Below are positions 58,321 through 64,000 of a stretch of DNA of 64,000 nt, in pieces. How positions within the stretch are numbered: the first letter of the stretch is position 1; each line of letters begins with the position of its first letter. The stretch is from Chrysomallon squamiferum. Taxonomy: Eukaryota; Animalia; Mollusca. Made by a program: the position numbers and the translations under genes. Where the stretch lies: the NCBI GenBank assembly GCA_012295275.1, contig CM022673.1, positions 4,030,001 through 4,094,000 on the forward strand, written 5' to 3'. The notes under the pieces were generated by a model that was not told the origin of the DNA, did no database searches, and worked only from the letters and a program-made list of their open reading frames with translations.

Positions 58321-61181
58321 ATTTTTTTATTATTATTATTATATTATTTTTATTTTTTAATTTTTATTTTAATTTTTTGGCCCTGTTTAAACAGAAGCAA
58401 AAGCAAATGAAAATGCAGTCATAGGTTAAAGACAGACACATCACTGTATAATTATAATCAGCTGATTATATCCTATGCTATGAATTTCTGTATAGTGATT
58501 AAAACTGGTATTTAAATTTAAGTCAAATTTTACTTTTACATTATTGTGCTTGTTACAATTATTAATTAGTTTATTCAATTATTTTAAAGTTTACAAAAAA
58601 GATACAAAATATTTTTTATTATCACTTTAAAAAATACTTTAGAAAAACAAATAAGCTTTATTAGATATATATTTATTGACAATATTTAATCCTGTTTGAT
58701 ATAAACATATTTAAGAAAATATTATTCATATAGATATATATATATATATATATTTTTTATTTTTTGGTCAAAATATAACCTTTTGAAGTTGATATACATC
58801 TGTTTTAAACTTATTATTGCATGTATATTGAAAATGTACTTAGATTTCAAATCATTTTATATGGTCAGTCAAAATATTTATTTATAAGCATAACATCATG
58901 GATTTATTTTGAAGCATAAATATTACACTGCACAGATATTTATTCATCATTACAGTGATATACAGAATGAATGTTATTAATGAAGAATGGGAGAATATGT
59001 AATCTGTGAATATTAAGTAGCAAATGACACTGCTTTGTGAACAATGAGTAGTTAATTTTCAAGGAATTATTTCCCTTGAATTAAATCTTAAATATTTGTT
59101 ATAGATTGGATACTTTAGATGTTAATTATTTTGTTTTAATTTGATGTGTTTGATTTTTAAAAAATAAAATTTAATATTTTTTCTAAAGAATTTTTAATAA
59201 TGTTAAGTTATAATATTTATCAGATTTATTTTTAAGTCTTCTGGTAATTATATTATAACTTGTTTTATTTTATTTTTCTGTTTAATGTAATTTTATTTTA
59301 TTATTTTAATTTTTTAAAGTTAATGTATATTCATTAAATGTTTCATCAGTTTAGTTTCAATTTTTGATTTTGTTGTTCTCGTTTTGTTTTTAAGTTTCAG
59401 TTGATTAGTTTGCATGTTTTAATACATAAGTATATTGGAAATATTTATAGTTTTACAGATGGTAAAATATTATTGTCATTATCATCAAATATAAATAATC
59501 TCTGTAAATTACTTTCTGTTGAATAACAATAACATTAAAAAACAAATCTTACTTCTATTTTATTACTAATTTATTAAAAAGCAAAGGCATTTCCATAAAT
59601 AAATCCAAAGAATGTGCAATCAAAGTTATTTATTATTAGGTACACAAGATCTTTTTTGTGTGAACTTCCAGCAGACAAAGATTAAGAAAACAATTTTTTA
59701 AATTTTTTTTAAAGTATAAAAAAAAAACGAAAAAAAAAAAAAGATGATAGAAAGCATCAGTTATATTACACCTCCCCTTTAAAACAAATGGTGCATTCAA
59801 TCTTGATTTAAACCCAGGTCATCATTATTAAGTAATGTCAGTGTGCTGTTTTTGTATGTAAAAGGTGAATTTGATTTTGACACAGTTCTTGTGAGAAAAA
59901 AATAATAAAAATTAAGGAAATAAGTGTATAAAATGTTCAAATATAAATTTTACAAAAATAGTTAAAATAAAAAATTGAACTGGACAGGTACTGAATAGGT
60001 TTACTGTCTTCTTGTCTGTTTTTGCCTTAGCAGTATTATTATTTCTGAGAGACATTCATATGAGGTTTGTATTAAGATATTATTATTAAAATACTACTAC
60101 TATAAGTTATTATTATTGTTATTAGCACTATGGGTTATTATTATTATCAGTATTATTACTATTACACTACTAATCTGGTGAATTCATTGTTCTAATTTCT
60201 TTATATATGTTTTCTACATTTTAAAAAAAATTTCAAATATTTTACAGTATTTTCCACATTGCCAAAATATCAATATAACTGTAAAATACTGATGTAGCTA
60301 TATGTTAACACATACTAAATATTTGAGAACTAACTTGTACATGTTGCTGTTGTATTCATATACTAAAATTGCATTTTACATGCAAACAAAAATATATTCA
60401 GTGAAAATATTTATTTTGTACCTTGTGTATTTTTATTAATAAAAGAAGAAAGATTATTACAATAACAAAAAACCCAATGGTTGATTTTGTTTTTCAGATT
60501 TAATAGTTTTCACCTTTTTATTTCATCTAAAAATGCAGTATTAATCAAATGTTGTTAATATATATATATAAATACCATTATATGATAGTTAAATTTACAA
60601 AATGCACTGATTATTCGTATCAGCACCCATTAGAAGTCTTGAAATATGAATAACAAAAAGTAAAAAAAAAAAAAAAAAAATTATAGAAATAAAAAGTATA
60701 TAAATGTCAATAAAATCATTTTGAACTTGAACTCTTTTATGGTACAGGTTCAAAATGAAGATATATGCATTTGTATGCATATACACAGACAATAATTTAT
60801 CTTATTTTACAAAAGGAAATTACACTCAACATAATGTAGGAAAAAATGCATTAAAAAGTTTAATAAACAAAAACAAAAACAAAAAAAATTAAAAAGAAAA
60901 GAAACAACTTTTAATTTCTTTTGGGATTCTTTTACAAATAAAAACAACCCTGAAATAATTGTTCAATAATTTAATAGACAGCATATGAAATACATTTTTA
61001 AAATTTTATTTTACAATATTATTTAGTGTTTTATATATACAAATGCAAGCAATATTAATTAAAGTTTAAATAAGTTATGAAAATTAACTTTGCAAATTGG
61101 AGTCAACCAATTTTTGTATATACTTTTCAGTGATGAAAAAATTTTCTTTCACAAACATATTCACTCACTCACAAATCCTCA

Positions 61182-61182
<1 letters not shown>

Positions 61183-61236
<54 letters not shown>
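61183..61236. repeat. (CA)n microsatellite
   Basis: Directly visible. Confidence 0.95.
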
Positions 61237-61239
<3 letters not shown>

Positions 61240-62808
61240 AACACCCAAATCCATTCATACAGTTCATACAAACTATTATGTACAACACATTTTCATTGGC
61301 ACCTCAGTGTTTTTCTATTTGTTCGTTCCACATATTCTTTTCTCTGTACATTTCATTGTTCAATATATACATTCATTCTTTTCTGTTTTAAAACTAGTTT
61401 TTTTGTTCATTTTATTCACAAACTTTAGTTGTTTTTTTGTTCATATTGTTGATAACATAAAACATTTTACAGTACAAGAAATGTTTCTTAATTAAGATAA
61501 GATTCATAAATTTAAATATTTTAGAAACATTGAATATAATTGATTTAAATTAGTATCATGACAAGGCATAGAAGACTACATATATTGTAGGTATACATTA
61601 ATTACATTATACAATGAAAAATATTAACAATTCATATATTTAAAATATGAACACTGAACAGGCAAATTACACATCTAATTAAAAACAGTAATACTTCAGG
61701 CAAATTTTATATCAAGCTGATACAAACAGTAAAAAAGAAGAAAAACTATATCTGCCTTTAATGATTTATGCACATAATGTATAATAGCTTGTTTAGAAAG
61801 ACAGCATAAGATCATTACTTTAAAAAAAGACCCACAAAATTACTCTTAGAAATACACACACATACAAATCACTCTCTTTTGAAACACACACAAACACTCA
61901 CTACCAACTAGTCCCTTACAACTGCATATATGATCACTTTCTTAGAAACACACACACACACACACACGATTATTCCCTTAGAAAGATACATGATCACTGC
62001 CAGGGAAACATAATAGAAAAAACTTACTGTGAGAAACACACCAACACAATCATTCCCTCGTATTTACATACATGAATGCAAGATGAACGAAACATCTGAT
62101 GATTAAATACAAATAAACAAGATAAAACTCACATTTAGCATTCTTGGTGGATATAAGTTTCCAGTGTACCTTTATATTCCAATATAAATAAATACAACAT
62201 ATGAAGCAACACCAGTTATTGATGATTTCGCAGTTTTCATCACTGCTATAAAACTATGAATTTAATTGTAACTGCTTGTTATTTGATAAAACAAGCAATA
62301 ATGGAATGGTGTAAACAGTCTTCATTTCAGATTTATTTATAGGTAGCAACGATATTTATTTAAATAAAAAACAATAACATTTTCTAGATTAACACATACA
62401 TTTATGGAGAGATGAGTTTTGAAATGTGTTATTTATTTATATTGTAAAAAAGGTTTTGGTGATGTGACTATCTGGTAATTAATTCACTCCTGGTCTAAAT
62501 TCAGAAGCCATTCCATTCTTAATAACATTAATCACTTGTCTGCATGTGTTGAGTATCAAACTCTTGTTTTACATGTAGCAAATTGTAGGTATTTAATATG
62601 TTTATGTAAACTGTCAGCTATTTTTCACTGTGTATATACTGTAAATACTGACAGTATTTGTGTCACCTGATGGTCCCTTATTTCCAATTATTATATAACC
62701 TTTTTTTTTCTTTAAAAAAAAAAAAAAAAAAAATGACAATCATTTTCCTAGATAATTTTTTGATTTTAAATAAAGTTAAGAAAATTCTGGCATTTATATA
62801 TATTATAT

Positions 62809-62840
<32 letters not shown>

Positions 62841-63130
62841 GAAATGTTAGAAAATAAAAAACATTTAACATTAACTACCCAATAATATAATTATATAAAT
62901 GTATCACAATATCATCTACTAGACCATATCCTTTTCCTTTTAAGCTTATTTCTATTTTCAGAGGAATTAAAAGTCAAATAATAATAGATTCTAAAATATG
63001 ATATATTCAATTGCACTGATCCCAACTTACAATTTGGTGAGATCAGAAGGAATGCCTGAATGTACTACTGTTCTGCTTCAATACCTGAGGCTCAGTTTCT
63101 GTAACGCATGTAACAGGATTTCACAAGTGA

Positions 63131-63914
63131 CTAATGTTCCAAAGACAAAACAAGAATGATTGTAACAATAACAGCAATGACTACAAATGTCACTAACAAA
63201 CAACACATCTTCTTTCTTGAGGATTTCTGAAAATACAAAACATCATAAAAGTCCCAAATGACAATTTTAAATTCTTCATTTAGAAATAGCAAATCATAGG
63301 TAATTAATGTGATTTTGTAAATTACATCATCTAATTTTTATATATATATGTGTATATATATACATATATATATATTTAAATACACTGAAGATATTTGTGA
63401 TACCAGATGATCACATAGTTTCATTAGTTCTCTAATGCTGAACTGATTATCTCCACTGCCAGACATACTGTGTGAGAATATGAGAGTTATCACATGATTA
63501 TCTAACCTTTCTTAAATTATAACTGCAGCTGCCTGTATAACATGAAATATTTTATGGAGCAGAAATAATGAATAAATGAACAAATTTATCCTTTGTATGC
63601 TAAGACCATTTTAGTGCCTGGATAAGTTAGTATGCTCCGAGATGAAAATGTTTTAAATTCACTGTTATATAAGATTTGGAATAATGGCTATATAAGATTC
63701 TGAATTTATGTTCCATATCATTCTGAATTATGGCTATAGTTAAAAATTAAATATAGATATTTGATTCGTAACTATGCTTATATCAGAAATAATCAGTTAT
63801 GACATTAATAGTTTTTTAAATGATAAAATACCTGGTATTTGGATGCCTTGAGAAGTTGCTGGTTTCCAGACTCTACATTACCATGTGTCTTTTCCACATT
63901 GGCTTCAATTGTAT
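63131..63914 (-). CDS. Qa-SNARE syntaxin of the STX7/STX12(13)/TSNARE1 group; last two exons only
   Basis: Exon 63832-63914 reads (D)TIEANVEKTHGNVESGNQQLLKASKYQ, the C-terminal half of a SNARE motif. Exon 63131-63226 reads KSSRKKMCCLLVTFVVIAVIVTIILVLSLEH*, a polybasic linker plus tail anchor. Neither appears in the ORF track because both are short. Confidence 0.9.
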
Positions 63915-64000
63915 CTGAAGCAAATAAATAAATAATTAATAACAAAAAATCATTTTACGACATCAACTTTTTATCAAACAAAAATAATAATAAATGTTTT

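Overview
This is a very AT-rich, intron-rich animal genomic window with many microsatellites; it is probably from a lophotrochozoan such as a mollusc (inferred from composition and gene style only). I reconstructed seven protein-coding genes by hand from splice sites and reading frames. In order: the 5' part of NIT1 (nitrilase-like 1, minus, runs off the left edge); complete MIOS (GATOR2 subunit, minus, 27 coding exons, about 872 aa); CCDC89 (plus, 7 exons, 355 aa, head-to-head with MIOS); glycogen synthase (plus, 15 exons, 730 aa); a 986-aa two-exon CCDC181/CCDC34/MAP9-like coiled-coil gene (minus); a TEX52-like gene (plus, 281 aa); and the last two exons of an STX7/STX12-type syntaxin (minus, runs off the right edge). 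Non-coding features include three U12-type (minor spliceosome) introns, four DNA-transposon remnants (a foldback MITE, two piggyBac-type elements, a hAT-Charlie MITE) and two putative bidirectional promoters. The most striking pattern is in MIOS: tandem repeats in three introns copy the 3' splice site plus the first exon bases. In the best-preserved array (7996-8465), five copies each form a frame-preserving 15-nt candidate microexon flanked by AG and GTAAAT. I found no tRNA, rRNA or CRISPR features. All calls come from reading the sequence and recalling homologues; no database search was run.
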